Shown: positions 41,650-56,633 of the stretch, one piece after another | Numbering within the stretch: the stretch's first letter is position 1 | Layout of the letters: each line of letters starts with the position of its first letter | NCBI GenBank assembly: GCA_951406725.2 | Contig: OX597824.1 | Coordinates: forward strand, 59,272,001-59,336,000 | DNA from: Octopus vulgaris | Lineage: Eukaryota | Reading direction: 5' to 3' | Length of the DNA: 64,000 nucleotides | Translations under genes and position numbers: made by a program | The notes under the pieces: model-generated | Databases searched by the model: none | Told to the model about the DNA's origin: nothing | The model's input: only the letters and a program-made list of their open reading frames with translations

Positions 41650-42510
41650 TATAAACGTAAATGTCGAATGATGAAAATGAGTGTCCAACACCGCATTGGT
41701 GGATAGAACTTCCTTATTTCTGAATTAAGGCTACCATTGGTTTCATGTTAAGAAAACTACAAAAAATATCTCAATAACATATCAATTTTTCAAGTTGATC
41801 ACATGGAGGAATGGTGTTCGTCTCCATTTTGAGTAAAAAAAATTTCGTTGAATTCGCAGAGATTCTTGTAAGGAAAGCATTAAATGAAGGGGCGCGACTC
41901 TTGGATGGCATCTTTTGAGTGGTTATTTCTCTTGGGATTGACTTTTGGGTAAACTGCCGTTTCCCATCTTAAATTATATTCTGAGCGTATGTAATGTTTG
42001 TAAGCTTGTGTGCAATGGGTATTTCGCCGTGGTACCATATTTCTTCGGTGTGTGGACTTCGTGTGTAATGTATATTCAAATTTTGCGTTCAGTGGGATTA
42101 CCAGTACAGGTGATGGTTCATTTCTGAACTGTTTAAGTGTGAAATATTGTTTGTGCATGCAAGGGGAGAATATTTCATCCCTAATATTCAGGATGTTTTC
42201 TGTTGACTGTATGATATTTAGTTTTTCAGTGATACACAGTTCATATTTGGTTCACTGTATTTCTTGGCTTTAGAAATGATGCTCCATTTTATCTAGGGCA
42301 GGAGTTACTTATTCTACCTTCTTTTAATGTCCCTATCCTACTTGATAGGGATGTTGCGTGTTTTTTTTATATTTTATATCTCTGAATGATACCAGGTGTT
42401 GTGTGTACCTTTCTTTGAACAGTTTCCCTTCATTCCGATATACGTCTTTGCTACTCCGTTGGGATCTGTGATCTTGGCCTTGTATAAGTTCTTTTTCTAT
42501 AACCCACCAT
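41650..42510 (-). mobile_element. Penelope-like element remnant: GIY-YIG plus 3' UTR
   Basis: Frameshifted YKAKITDPNGVAKTYIGM...FKERYTQHLVSFR...IKWSIISKAKKY...LCITEKLNII...LNIRDEIFSPCMHK (42510->42130). GAAA-ccaaugg-UA, a possible HHR half, lies near 41730-41745. Confidence 0.8.
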
Positions 42511-43034
42511 CAGTGATGGCGTGTTATAGAATGGTCTTTGCCTCGTTCTGAAGAGCTGAAAAAGTTTTAGCCCATATCCCACTAACCTTTACAAAAATTA
42601 TACTCCATTTCCTTTAATAAGACCTGATTTTCTCATAGCAGTTTTCTCAAAACATGTTTACATTTGTATATATTTGCATTTAAATATTGGATATAACATC
42701 ATTCTTTTCACTGTCCCACACTCTCTTCTTTTTTTCATATATTGGTATTTACATGGCGATGTCATCGCGTTGTGTCTTGGAAAGTATCCCATTCACCAGT
42801 GTATGTATATTGTGTGTGTTCGTGCGAGAAATCTCTCTCTCCCTCCCTCTCACTCACTATCCCTCCTTTTTTCTCGCTCGCTTTGTCTTTTCCTCTCTGT
42901 GTGTATAGAAAGATACATACATACATACATACACGCACGCACACACACAAGTGAATGGGTGAGTGATTGAGTGAGTGAGAGGGTGATTGAGTGAGTGAGT
43001 GAGTGAATGAGTGAGTGAGTGAGTGAGTGAGTAA

Positions 43035-43710
43035 TTTCTGTGACTCAAAAGAAGCAGGATATGACATTGAAGCTACCATAGCTAGGAAGTGGAGGGCTGC
43101 CAAGCGTTGCAAGTGGCAGAGGAATAGAGGAGAGACCTGGTGATAATCATTCAGGCTTGGACTCCTTCTCAAATCCTCTAAACTGGAAAGCATCAAAGAG
43201 AAAGTATGACATTTCCTCCCCAGACTGGCAACTTACTGTGGAACGATTAACGTTCGCAGACCACATCATGCCAACGACACTCCGCCTAGACGTGAGGATC
43301 TCAAATGCCAATAAATAGGTTATCATGTGTGAGCTAACCTTGCACTAGGAGAGTAATATGAAAAAAATCACAAGAGAAAATTTATCCAATACCAGTAGTT
43401 AGTAGAACAGTGCAGAAATCGGGACTGTCAGGTTTGGTGCAAGGCAATAGAAGTGGCCTGTCAAAATTTTGTGGGACATTCATTCTGCAACGCTCTAACT
43501 AAGCTTGGAGTTACAAACGTAGCAATGAGGAGGGCAATAAATTTTTTCACTGAAGCTTGGGATAAAAAGGAAACTTCAGTGGTTTGCTGCTGCAACTGGG
43601 ATGAAAGCTGGATTTAATCAATCTCTGTTGGGTAAAGTGAGCGAAGCAATCTGATGTGGAAACGCCCGAAACCTCGTGAGACCCAGGAACATCTTTGCGA
43701 TGTTTACCAT
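43035..43710 (+). mobile_element. HERO-clade (RLE) non-LTR retrotransposon remnant
   Basis: RKWRA, DWQLTV, HIMPTTLRLDV (TxLRPD), VIMCELT, KAIEVACQNFVG (IEVGCRGF), and a 3' UTR tctgatgtggaaacgcccgaaac...gacccaggaacatc resembling HERO 3' ends as I recall them. Confidence 0.72.
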
Positions 43711-45852
43711 TTGCAGATGTTCACACCTTTTTACCATAAGAGTGATGTTTTCTCCACGGTAACTGCAGTGAATTTGCCTTTTAGCAGTTGAAATATATAA
43801 CAAACATATTTCAATTAGCCTAAATTCTGCTCATACCTAAATGCTGCTTTGCGCGAACGCTTCGTTGTTTACCTCGATCGGATGATCTACTGGCGCAAAT
43901 TAGTCAACGTGTTAACTGAAATATATATAAAGCTACGACTTCATTAACTTCATTCAGAGTTGCCTTTCTTAGGTACATCTCATTGACAAGAGTAAAAAAA
44001 ACCCCACAAAATATCGATGTCTGAAATTCCTAATAGATGGCGACACTGAACGAATTTTTACACATTTTACCATAAGAAAGACTTTCTCCCCGCCGTAACT
44101 GCAGTGTATTTGCCTTTTGGCAGTTGAAGTACGTGATAAACATATTTCAACTAGCCTAGAATCAAAAAGAGTTTAAGTGTTTTAATGTCATGAATTATTT
44201 AATTTTACACGTATTTCACTAGCGAATACTGGTATGTTATGCAATGATAATTAGATAAGGAATCTCATAACAGGATTGAGACACCACATCTTCAGAAGAA
44301 TATAGTATTTCAATTCAGTACTACGTACCAACATATCTTGATTAATGAAATATACTCACAAACAAAACAAGAGTTTTACGTTAAGAAAAGGTATTGCTTA
44401 TGCATATAAACACTTCTCACTTTGTCTTGCCCCATTATTGATAGAGTATTAGGGGCACCGTCATGACAGACAACTACTCGTGGAATTTTACTATTAGTGA
44501 AGTCCAAGAGTCAACAAACTCTACAAATTTGTTGACAGTCGATTTCTTCAAGAGACAGAGAGAATATAAGAAGCAGAGAAGATAAGAAGAAAATCCAACC
44601 CCAACTTTAGACTGGGGTCGAGTCTTATTTATCAACTACTTAAAGATCAAAGGAAAAGCTAATTCCTATGAGATTTGAACTCAAAGTGTAAAGAGTCATT
44701 TTTGTTTTTTCGACGCTATATAGACTCTTCCAAATTGGCTACGTAAACGTATATAAACGTAAATAATTCCATAGATGTGGGCACTGTCGTATGGTTTAGA
44801 AGTTCGATTCGCATAACTGAGGGCCAATGTTCAATTTCATTGCGTAATATCTTTGTATAAATGTCTCATAACTTAGCTATGGATTGGCTCAAGCTTTAGA
44901 GGGAAATTGAATGGGGAGAGATTGTGTGAAAGGGGACAATGGACACTGGGCTGTATTTGTAATGCAAATGGTAAATCCTTGTCATACTGTGCCTCACTGA
45001 TTCGATTTGTGAATTATGTACAAATGTCTGTAGAATATTCAGCCACTTAGACAATTTGATGTAGAACCTAGTAGACAACTGCAATACTCATCGACGACAC
45101 CGGCGGAGATCCATTTACTAAGTTATTAAATAATACAATTTATGTACGTTGTAATTTCACGATATCAATTTCTTAAAAATAATATGATTCTTTCTCACTC
45201 TCACCCTCTCTCTACTTTTCTCCTTCTTTCACTCTCTCACTTTCTCTGTGTGGATTCCACCAATGTGTGTATGGATATGTACATTATTTTCTTCTGCAGC
45301 ATGTGTGTATAACTAATTATATTGGTAAATAGATTTATAATTTCAGGGCTTCACCTTTATACGGACTCATATATATATACATACGCTGTGTACATATGTA
45401 TATCGGTGCGCATGATAATGTTTCGGTATGTATGTATATGTGTATATATGTCTGCATACATACATATATATATACACATATACATATACACATATACATG
45501 TGTGTATATATGTGAGCATGTATGTATGCACTCGCATACATTTGCACATACACTCGCCGACACACACATACACACACATATATAATTAAATATGGATGTC
45601 AATGCGTGCAGTTTACAATTCTTACTTAATTGAACGGATATTTTATGTAAACAGTAACAGTAACAACTAAAATTGTAACGACGATATTAACGACCGTCAC
45701 GACAACAACAATAATAATAATGAAACTAAAATTGAAACCCAGTGTCTTTAATTACAAACCACCAATTTTACTGACAGTTTTTAAACAGCATTCAACAGAT
45801 ATTCATCACTAATTGCAGGTGCTTGGAATAAATTCTAAGAGTTAGTATTGTT

Positions 45853-46070
45853 AAGGTGGTGAGGTGGTAGAATCATTAGCAGGCCGATCAAAATGCTTAG
45901 CAGTATTTTATCCGTTTTTACGTTCTGAGTTCAAATTCTGCCGAGGTCGATTTTGCCTTTCATCCTTTCGGAGTTGATAAAATAAGTACCCGTTGAACTC
46001 TAAAGTCAATGTAATCGACTGACCTACTTCCTTGAAATTACTGGCCTCGAGCTAAAATTTGAAACCAATA
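45853..46070 (+). mobile_element. SINE family A, near full length
   Basis: A-box-like tggtagaatcattag, B-box-like gagttcaaattct, then gcctttcatcctttcggagttgataaaataagtacc. Confidence 0.82.
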
Positions 46071-46894
46071 TTTAATATTTACTATGGGAAGACATGTTTG
46101 ATGGGGGTTTTAGAATCTTTAATACTGTTGTATCCATACCGTTCTAAGTTCAAATCCCATAGTTTCATATATTATATTTTTCTTTTTGTAGTTACAACCG
46201 CGATTTTCCAAACACTGATGGTTTGGAACCTCTTATAGTCTACACTAATTTATGAGCAGGAACTTCAAATTCCCGCAGTCGCCAGATTAGTTTACTGGTA
46301 TCTTACGCCGACTAATACCTAGCAGTAATAATACATTTGTATCATTTTTACTAACGTACAAATATTTGTATTTCATTTAATCATTTAAATAGATTTAATA
46401 TTTATTATTTTAAAGTGTATTGACCAAGGTGACTAGCCCTTGATCGGAAAAATCAATAATCCGGAATGGCCTTAGAACTAAAGGTTCAGAAAAATCTAAG
46501 TTGTAGCAGAGTTACAAATTACCAACGGGTTTTATGTTGTTCATCGTTTTAGATGCAGTGCCCTTTGACCTATGAAGATGTCTATAACTGAACAGATTGC
46601 TGTTTTGTTATATATTCGCTGCTTACAGAAAGTAGTCTGCAATCAATGACTCGAATTCTAATAATTAGTATTATTTTGTCTACCCAAGAAAGATCAAAAT
46701 CAAAGTCGACTTCGACGGGATTTGAAAAGAGACGAAACACGCATTGACATGATTTTTAAATATACTCTGGTATGTGTTTATGTGTGTGTGAGAGAGAGAG
46801 GGGGGAGAAAGAAAGAAAGTGTGTGTGTGAGAGAGAGAGGGGGGAGAAAGAAAGAAAGTGTGTGTGTGCGTGAGTGTGTGCGCGCGTGAAGAAA

Positions 46895-47262
46895 AAGTTG
46901 AAAATGCATCTGGAGACTTTAAAAAGATTTCTTCACATGTCCTTAACTAATTTCACTCTTTCATAATTTTCGAAGTAGTATGACAGGAGAGGGCACTATA
47001 ACAGTTTAGTCTCCGAATTATGGAAATTTGCTCCGTTCTACGAAGAGATTATTGCTTAAATTACAATCAATTGAAATACAGTTTGCTTTGGTTGAAATTG
47101 CTCTCGAAAAATAACAAATTTTCAATCTCTTGACGTATTTGTCATATGCTTGAAAATTTCGTTTTATATCTGGTTAAACAGGGCTGAAACATGGCTTCAC
47201 TGACTTTTGAAAAAGTCATAAAATTGTGAAGCCGGTTAAGGACATGTGAACATTTTCAACTT
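46895..47262. mobile_element. MITE-like element with inverted termini
   Basis: aagttgaaaatg pairs with cattttcaactt, and ttcacatgtccttaac pairs with gttaaggacatgtgaa. Confidence 0.6.
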
Positions 47263-47541
47263 CATCTTTTATACTTCTTGTGAGATAAAACTTATTTTTA
47301 TACATATACATATTTATACATAGACATATTGTAAGCGAGCTCGGAGTAGACAGTCAGTTTTCTTTATATAAACACACACACATTCACATACATGTCTATG
47401 AGTGTGTAAGTATTTGTTTACGGTTATCATTTTAAAATGATTTTAAACATATCAAAATTCATTTTGACTGGGACTAAGAATTTCATTTGATAGTTTATTT
47501 AACCTGTCTATGAGTTAAGAAGTCGTTGATAGTGCATTTTT

Positions 47542-47895
47542 AACAAGAACACTCAGAGAGCGCAAACCTCCGCCAACGATTAGCCAGAGATGATTTTTAA
47601 AATGAGAATATCTGAAATAAACTCGACTGAAATAATCTAAACTTCACAAACGAGAATACTAAAAATGAACCTGACTGTACTCAAAAATTAAGTAAAAATA
47701 AAAAGAACAGAAAAATAATCCAGAATCCTTGTCCGGTACCAGATCAATCCCAAAATCTAATCAGTTCGTGCCAGTCACGAGGTCAAAAATCTCTAAAAGC
47801 TTCACCAGAATTCATCTAGTGGTTCTTGAGATATTTTGTCCACAAACGAACACGACTGAAAACAATACCTCCGCCTTAGCGAATGCAGAGGTAAT
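47542..47895 (+). mobile_element. Non-autonomous Helentron/HINE-like element
   Basis: Starts AACAAG, has a subterminal ACCTCCGCC, and ends in the hairpin ACCTCCGC-cttagcgaat-GCAGAGGT-AAT. The end is duplicated at 47901-47914. Confidence 0.65.
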
Positions 47896-48703
47896 AAATG
47901 GCAGAGGTAATAAACCCATCGTTTACTTCATTTCAACGGTCTCTAAATATGAAGGAACAAGAATGGAAATTACCCAGATGACATATGATTTGAACCCATG
48001 GTAAATTCATACCTGTCGATCGGCAGAGACGCCTTGGTAGTCCTTGATGAAGGTAACAGAACTGCCACGCTATTTATAGTACAAACTCTACATGGTCGAC
48101 TTCAGTATAATTTTGAACCTATTATTTCACGATGCCTGTGTATATATGTGAAAGGGTGTGATGTAGAGGTTAAGATATAGGGCTTGTAATCATGAGATTG
48201 TTGGTTTAATTTCTAGAACAAATAGTCAACTTGTTCGTGTCAGTTCATCTGAAATGATTGCTAGTTGAGTGGTTGTGCAACTCATTTTCCCCTCCGGTTA
48301 GCACATGTGGTGTAATCCATTTGGTCAGATGTAGGACTGCAGACTGATTGTCAATGCCTGATTGCAACTCCATAGACATCTAAAACAATAATTATCAAAA
48401 TCCATGTTAGATGATACTATGTCATTCTGGATTTCGAGAGACAATCGGAATATGTGTTGGGTGCGTGCGCGCACGTGCGTGGGTAGATGCATAGACACAT
48501 GCATACACGTACATATGTATGTATGTATATGAAAGTCTGACGTTTTGAGCTTACGCTCTTTTATAGAAAGGGGTGATAAAAGAAAACAATGAAGAAGGGA
48601 AAGAAAACGGAGAAAGAAAAAATGTGTCTGAATTGTTGAATTGATATGTGTGTGTGTGTGGAGAGGGGGCTGCGTGTATGTACACGTACACACACACACA
48701 CAC

Positions 48704-48760
<57 letters not shown>

Positions 48761-48839
48761 ATCCAAACACGAAAACACAAAAAACACAACAACGCGAGGA
48801 CGTAGAACAAATATAGTGTTCTATAAGGGAAGAAGGAGG

Positions 48840-48874
48840 GTTTAACGTTTCGAGCGGAGCTCTTCGTCGGAAAC
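48840..48874 (-). ncRNA. Minimal hammerhead-like motif in an element at about 48756-48945 beside (TA)n
   Basis: guuu-CCGACGA-a-gagc(ucc)gcuc-GAAA-cg-UU-aaac, containing the AACGUU palindrome. Confidence 0.62.
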
Positions 48875-49519
48875 ATAAGAGAAGGAAAGATCCCGAGAAG
48901 GGAAGACAGAGGAAAAAAAATCGCCAACGGTACACACGAGGTCACATTTATACATACATACATACATACATATCCGTATTCACATACACACATGCATGCG
49001 TGTAGAATCTCTTACTGAAGCCTATTTCATCAGACCTAAATCGAAAGCATTTCGGCCTTTGATCGTCTCGTCGTTTTTGTATTTCTTGGACTACATTCTT
49101 AAATCCGTCCTTCCTGTTGTTATAACATTTTAAACGAGGGTTATGAGGGAGATTAATTGGCTATTTCTATCTGTCAGAGCGACGTTCAATATGTTACCGC
49201 GTCAGTTCTGAAAAAGCAAGTTATATATAGGTGAGAATGTAGTCAGCGAGGTAAATATTCCTACAACAGTCAGATGTATACAGATTTACCACACTACACA
49301 TCACTTCTGGTAAGGCAACACAAAGAAAGCTTTATCAACACAAGAACTGGCATCCTTCATGTTCTACCGACCACTGCACCAGTATGCGTTCCACGCGTGC
49401 AGTAACATATCAGCTAAAACATACGGCTGCAGGAAGGTGGAGAGGTGTATGTGCGTATGTGAGAGAGAGTTAACGGATACACACACACACACACACACGC
49501 ACGCACACACACACACACA

Positions 49520-49632
<113 letters not shown>

Positions 49633-49959
49633 TTGACGGAAGAGAGAGAGAGTTAAGGTAAGAAAGATTAGGAGAAAGTGCGTTCTTGTTTGTTAGTTTA
49701 ACTCCTCTACAACCATTACTTTCGTTGTTCCCACCACTTACATCAATTACCGATTCCGCCACCACAACCGTAATTACTATGTCATCACTTGTACCTCCAC
49801 CACCGCCACCACCACCAACATACCTAGTCGTTATATCACAACAGTTTCTTACAACATGAACATAACAGACATAACCAACGACACACCGCCGCAAACATCA
49901 TTATCATCACCGCCACCATTACCAACGTAAGTGTCATTATCATTGTTACTATTACCACT

Positions 49960-50200
49960 AAGGCAGCGAACTGGCAGAATTGTAACCGCACCAGGCAAAA
50001 CGCTTAACGGCATTTAGTCTGTCTTTATGTTCTGAGTTCAAATTCCACCGAGCTAGACTTTTGCCTTTCATCCTTTCAGAGTCAATGAAATAAGTACCAG
50101 TTAATGAATAAGTACCAATGAAATAAGTACCATCGACTGGGGTCGGTGTATTCGACTTACACCTCACACTAAAATTCAAGCTTTGTGCCTATAGTAGAAA
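49960..50200 (+). mobile_element. SINE family A
   Basis: aaggcagcgaactggcagaattg...gagttcaaattccaccgag...gcctttcatcctttc. Confidence 0.8.
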
Positions 50201-51314
50201 TACTAATAACTACTAATAACAACGTCAACTGCGTCAGCATCATTATCACCAAAGCCCTCACAAACATCAAAACCACCTTCACTACTATCACTGTTGGTCT
50301 TTCCTATCATTCCAGTTACATGCGGCATGTAATCTTACTTTTGAGTCAGTTATGATGTAGAAAGTTTGTTTGTTTCTACAGCATTCAGATTTTCTTGCAA
50401 TATAATTCTATTCGCTGTCAAGCTGAAAGATTCACGGTTGACTCACCAAATAAACATTGTAATATAGAAGCCCAGTTGTGTCCACTATACCCAGCTACAC
50501 TATGTGCTATATGTGGCACCAGAGACGTCGCAACTCATTTATACAGCTGAGTTAACTGAAGCAACGTGAAATAAAGTGTCTTGCTCAAGAACACAGCACA
50601 CAGCCCAGTCCGGGAATGGAACTCACAACCTCAAAATCGTAAGCTCTACGCTCTAACCACTGAGTCACACGTCTTCACAGCTATGACACAATGCTGCTAC
50701 TATTCCTTTTCAATGGAACATGGTTCAAAATGCCAACGGTTCTTATTTGAAATACCCATCGACGAACAGCAAATGTATTGGTCCATCCTTTCGGTAGACA
50801 CTTGCGGCTGCGCGGACCGACGATTGTCAAAAAAGTGATTTCTTTCATTGAAAGTGTTCACAACATGGTCACTAGCAGCAGACACTGACCATCCACTAGC
50901 ATCTATGAGTCGTTTCTCAACCAGAATAGATCTTACTACAAAATAAATTTTAACAATATGTCTTAATGTTTATATATATATATATGTATAGAAATTAAAT
51001 ATAAATTACAAAATGGGACAAGAACGCAAAAACACACAAAGAGACGACACAAAAAAACAGACGGGTCATTCGAAGCCTCTAATCTTCAGTCGGGAACTGG
51101 ATCATATATATATATATATATAAATTTCTAAGTCTCTCTAAAGGAGATTACGGCAGCGGTACTGGAAATTAACAGTTATCGCCAAGCTAACATGGCAGTC
51201 CATAAATATAAGACTAAAGCTGCCGTTGATTAGCTCCAAGAGGCCATCGCTTCTAGCTAGCTATATGACACGCGAACCTGTGACCATTATAACCTTCGAA
51301 CAGAGGAGTTGCCG

Positions 51315-51380
<66 letters not shown>

Positions 51381-51382
51381 GT

Positions 51383-51598
<216 letters not shown>

Positions 51599-52723
51599 TA
51601 CACATGCTTGTTTAGTTATTTTAAAATTAAGTGATGTTTATATTATCATTTTAATTTTCATGACTACTAATATTCTGAATAATTGCATCACCTAAAATTT
51701 TCGTTTTAAGCTTAAAATCTTCTGCAAAGAAGTGAAAGGAGTGTCTTTTTAATCATATATAGTTGGTGTTTAAGCAAACAGTGATGCTGTTGTATGTGCG
51801 CACCTCTCCATATGTACGCGCGCGCGCGTGTGTGCCTGTGGGAGTGCGTGCATGCGTGCGTGTGTGCATGCGCATGTATGTGCGCATGCATATGTGTGTG
51901 TTTGTACTCTTTAAATGATTTAAGTCATTGAAGTGCAAACATGTCAAAGCACCACCTTCAAGTCAAGTATGATGACCGCGTAATTTTATCGTTCTCTATT
52001 TGCGGAACCGCCAAGTTACAGGGTATGATGAGGCGCAACACAAACAACTCGTTTATATAAATTGCCCCCGTATACACACATAAAGTACATACACACGAAG
52101 TATATACAAATATGTATACGTATGAGTATGTATGAATTTGTGTGTATAACGCCGCGTGTGTGCGTCAGTGTGTGTGTAGATCTGTACGCACGTGTGTGTT
52201 TGTTTATGTCTAAGAGGGAAAGATGGTGCAGAGCAGGAAGAGGTAGAATCTTAGTAGAAGAGAATCAAACGAAGGAAGAGAGGATAAAAGAAAGCAAACA
52301 TAAGAAGAAAAAAAAGAAAGGAAGAGTAGTGTGTCAGTGTGAATTTTCCTCAGCAGAGAGAGAAGCGGGTGGGATGATGACATACATTCCCTGCCGACAT
52401 TACTTCACCCTTGATACAACAACTACAGCAACATGAAAGTAAAGAACATGAACATGGTCAAAACCTTTAAAAAATGGGAACAAAACCGAACATAAAAGCA
52501 TCAAAACTGACAAGACAAACAAGATTACAAGAAAACGCAAATAGCATCGTTTGATAAACGTTTCGTTCGTTGCTATGGAGACGTAATTGCCGTGCAGAAT
52601 CTTACATTATAATGTCAGACACGTGTGTGTATGTTACAGATGGGAATCAGTGTATATATATGTCTGTATGTAATCGCGTGCGCACACACACACACACATA
52701 TACATGTATGTAGTATGTATGCA

Positions 52724-52769
<46 letters not shown>

Positions 52770-54109
52770 CGCGCGCGCGTATATGTATGTGTGCCTGCAT
52801 AAGTGTGTGTGTGCGTGCACGCGCGCGCATGTGTGTATGTGGGTGGGTGGGTGTATTACGAGCGGGAACGAAGCTGAATGAGAGTAGATCTTTAAGAGAC
52901 ATAATGCGATGATATGTCAAGAATCCGTTTATGAAGGCGAGTTTAGAGCGGTGCGAGGAAGTTATATTTATTTCACTATCATTTAGAGCCTTTTGATAAT
53001 TGGAAATAGCGTGGGAGGAAGAGAGGAAGAGAGAGATACATAAACTGGAGGAGGAAGATATGTTTAGGGGAGAGATGTAAGTAAAACGCGACGTAGAAGG
53101 GTAATAAAGACAGATAGGGACAGTGAGAGAGGGACAAGACAACAGAGACGGAAAGATGGAAGACAGCAACAGGCTGAAGTACGCTTTTTATTTTAAAAAA
53201 TGGCGGAAATATCTTTTCTTCGTTTGTGAAGCAAAGTATATTCATATATCGATGCAGGGGTATGCGCACATACAAACATGCACCATACCCCCAAATATAT
53301 ACATTTGCACAAATACACACACACACACACAAGTACATATATTTATATAAACAAATACAGAAACACAAGTACACACGCATGCACGCGCACACGCGCACAC
53401 ATACACACACATACACACACACACGCAGAGTTTTGTGAATAAACAGATAAGTTCAGATATGTTCTTCTGTTTGCGACATATTTGACCTGTAAAAAGGCCT
53501 TCTCCACTGCAGTTTGCCGCTTAGACTGCTGGTCTTCCATAAACAACCTTGCCCGGACAGGAGGAAGTCTTTATATATGCAGCATGGAATAAAAATGTTC
53601 GGATTACTGAAGCGATTGTAAGATTAATTTGAATTTCTCTTTTCCTCATTTAGATTATTATTATTATTATGCATACTGTGGAGCATATATTATGCCTATT
53701 GGATTATATCTTAGATTTGTGAAGTGTTCCTCGTGCTAATCAATTGGAATTTAACTAGTGTTTATTCATGTTTTTGTGCTGCTTGGTACTTATTCCATTG
53801 GTATATCTTGCCGAACTGCTAGTTTACGGGGACGTAAACACATCAACACCAAATGTCAAGCAGTGGTCGGGGACAAACACAGACACAGAGTCACACACAT
53901 AGATACATATATAAACATATACGTATGTAACGGGCTTCTTTCAGTATCCATTTATCGAATAAACTCACAAGGCTTTTGTCGGCCCGAGGCCATAGAAGAA
54001 GACACTTGCCCAATCTTCAACGCAATGCAACTGAACCTGGAACTATGTGATTGGGAAGCAAGGTTTGTACCACACAGCCACGCCTGCACTTACATCTATA
54101 ATTATACAT

Positions 54110-54158
<49 letters not shown>

Positions 54159-54340
54159 CATACATGTATGTTTGTCTGTATGTTGGGTGGTATTTTAAGT
54201 GAAACTTGCAAATCCGTTTACTACATGCCTCTCGACGGCGATGCTACAGTAAAGATATTTAGAGCAGTAAAGTACATTCAAATTCTATCTTCGTGTAGTA
54301 TATTTTCAGTTATTGGACAAGCACGAAAATTATATATACG

Positions 54341-54405
<65 letters not shown>

Positions 54406-55256
54406 CATGTATGTATATATAAATCCCCAAAATAGGACAAGAACGTAACAGACGACATATATATGTATGCATGTATGCATGTATGTATCTATGTATATAG
54501 ATACATAAGTCGTGTGTTGAAGTATATTCTGTTGTCTGGGAAGAGTCATTCTCTTTTAGCGCCTTATCATTTAACACACTCACCGGTAAAGTTTCCACTC
54601 ATTTACTTATTTATTATTCTTAAAACTTTCATTGCGTCTTGCAACCTTTTCAATAGTTGTTTACTCTGTCCGTTATCCGAGCTGCGTTCTTTTTGTTTGC
54701 TTGTGCGCATGTGTGTGGGTCAGCGTGTGTGTGCATATGTGTGGGTCAGCGTGTGTGCGCATACACATGTATGTATATATGTATGTATCCCTGCATGTAA
54801 GTGTGTTTGTATGCATGTATGTGTGTCTTTTTGTGTGCGTATGTATATATGTAAGTGTGTACGTTTCTACGCATGTATTCTGCATATTCATGTGTTTGTG
54901 TGTTCGTGTTTGTGTATTTTTATGTGTGTGTGTGTGTGCTTGCATGTGTGTGTGAGTGTGATCCTCTGTCTCCTTGTGTGTGCATGTCTGAGTGTGTCTG
55001 TGTGTGTGTGTGGGGGGGGGATTTCGTGACCGTGTCTGTATGTACGGATGTGTATCTCCATATGTGTGGATATGTGTATGTGTGTCTCCATTTGTGTCCT
55101 TTTGAGAAGTGAAGTGTGTGTGAATATGGTCATGTGTTTCAGTCTTCACTTGTGTATGTGTGTGTATGTGTACTTGTCTGATCATATTACCTGTGTACCT
55201 ATCCGTCTATATGTCTATCTGTTTACTTTCATATCCATTTGCCTACATACATGTGC

Positions 55257-55305
<49 letters not shown>

Positions 55306-55355
55306 ATTGAAGAAATGGAGTTGAACGAAGATTGAACAGAAATCGCTTTATTGCA

Positions 55356-55435
55356 TTCTACACGTGTTTCGAAAGGCACAATTTACCAAATTCCGATTGA
55401 ATAATGAGACCATATTGTGTCTTTCTCTTCAGGAA
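55356..55435 (-). ncRNA. Type I hammerhead ribozyme
   Basis: Reverse complement of 56554-56633; lies downstream of the EN ORF on the same strand. Confidence 0.8.
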
Positions 55436-56553
55436 GAAATAGGAAATCCGTTGGAAAAAACAAAAACAGAACAGAGGCGGAGCAAAACAAATCGAACGAG
55501 GCTCCTAAGAGCCCATGGCCAAACTGTTTATCAATGTATGTTGAAAACGGGTGGTGGGTGCGTTGAAGATTTTAACGGGTCAGGCAGCGGTCATTCCGGT
55601 GGGTGAGGGCACGGGGTGCGTAGATGTTCTTTGTGACCGAGACTAAAGTTCTGACTATTTAAAGAATATTAGGTGTATTATATGGGGCGAGACAAAATCT
55701 ACTTAGAAACATGTGTGTGTGTACTGTTCTATATATGTGCGGCCGCAAGTTGGTAAGAAGCGCTACACTCTGGTCACTGTTGAGAAATCCGTCAGGGGGT
55801 AGAAAATATTTTATGTGTACGTGTGTGCGTTTGATCGCTCGGCCGTCAGTTGGTAAACAGCTCTACACAATGGTCACTGCTGTAAAATCCGTCGGGTGGC
55901 AGAAAAATATTTTATGTGTGCGTGTGTTCGTCTAATCATGCCTTGTCAAAGAAACCCCCCGTCGTCAAAAACAAAACACCATTCGTCTCCCAGGAGTAAT
56001 TCCCCTTGCAATGGTTAATCATATTTCTCTTAAAAGCTTTTTCAGAATTTATTACCAAGGGCTATTTTCATATAAGTAGTGTAACCGGGTGCAGGTATTA
56101 TTTATAAGCGTTATTTATAAGCAAGATAAGTATAACGCCGCCAATGGGGACATCGAAAAGCCGACTGTAAAAGTCCGTTTACCATCCGGTCTCTGGCGAA
56201 CAATATATGGAAGAGTTCGGAGACACAAAGGTTGCACTTCCTTCTGCCCCTGTCAAATGGGAGGGCCACCGACAGAATTGACCATTCCAGCCTGTAGCTT
56301 GAGTTCGTATTCTTCAATCGCCATATTAGCTTGCTAAGTCCCGTGGTCTCGGTCACAAAGAACATCGACGCACCCCGTGCCCTCACCCACCGGAATGACC
56401 GCTGCCTGACCCGTTAAAATCTTCAACGCACCCACCACCCGTTTTCAACATACATTGATAAACAGTTTGGCCACGGGCTCTTAGGAGCCTCGTTCGATTT
56501 GTTTTGCTCCGCCTCTGTTCTGTTTTTGTTTTTTCCAACGGATTTCCTATTTC

Positions 56554-56633
56554 TTCCTGAAGAGAAAGACACAATATGGTCTCATTATTCAATCGGAATT
56601 TGGTAAATTGTGCCTTTCGAAACACGTGTAGAA
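56554..56633 (+). ncRNA. Type I hammerhead ribozyme
   Basis: uuc-CUGAAGA-gaaagacacaau...auugugccuuuc-GAAA-cacgug-UA-gaa, with a long stem II and palindromic loop III. Confidence 0.82.

Noticed and set aside
55364-56625. Near-identical 80-aa ORFs on opposite strands
   Set aside because: Antisense reading of the inverted pLTR arms, with a GTG start inside the HHR loop.
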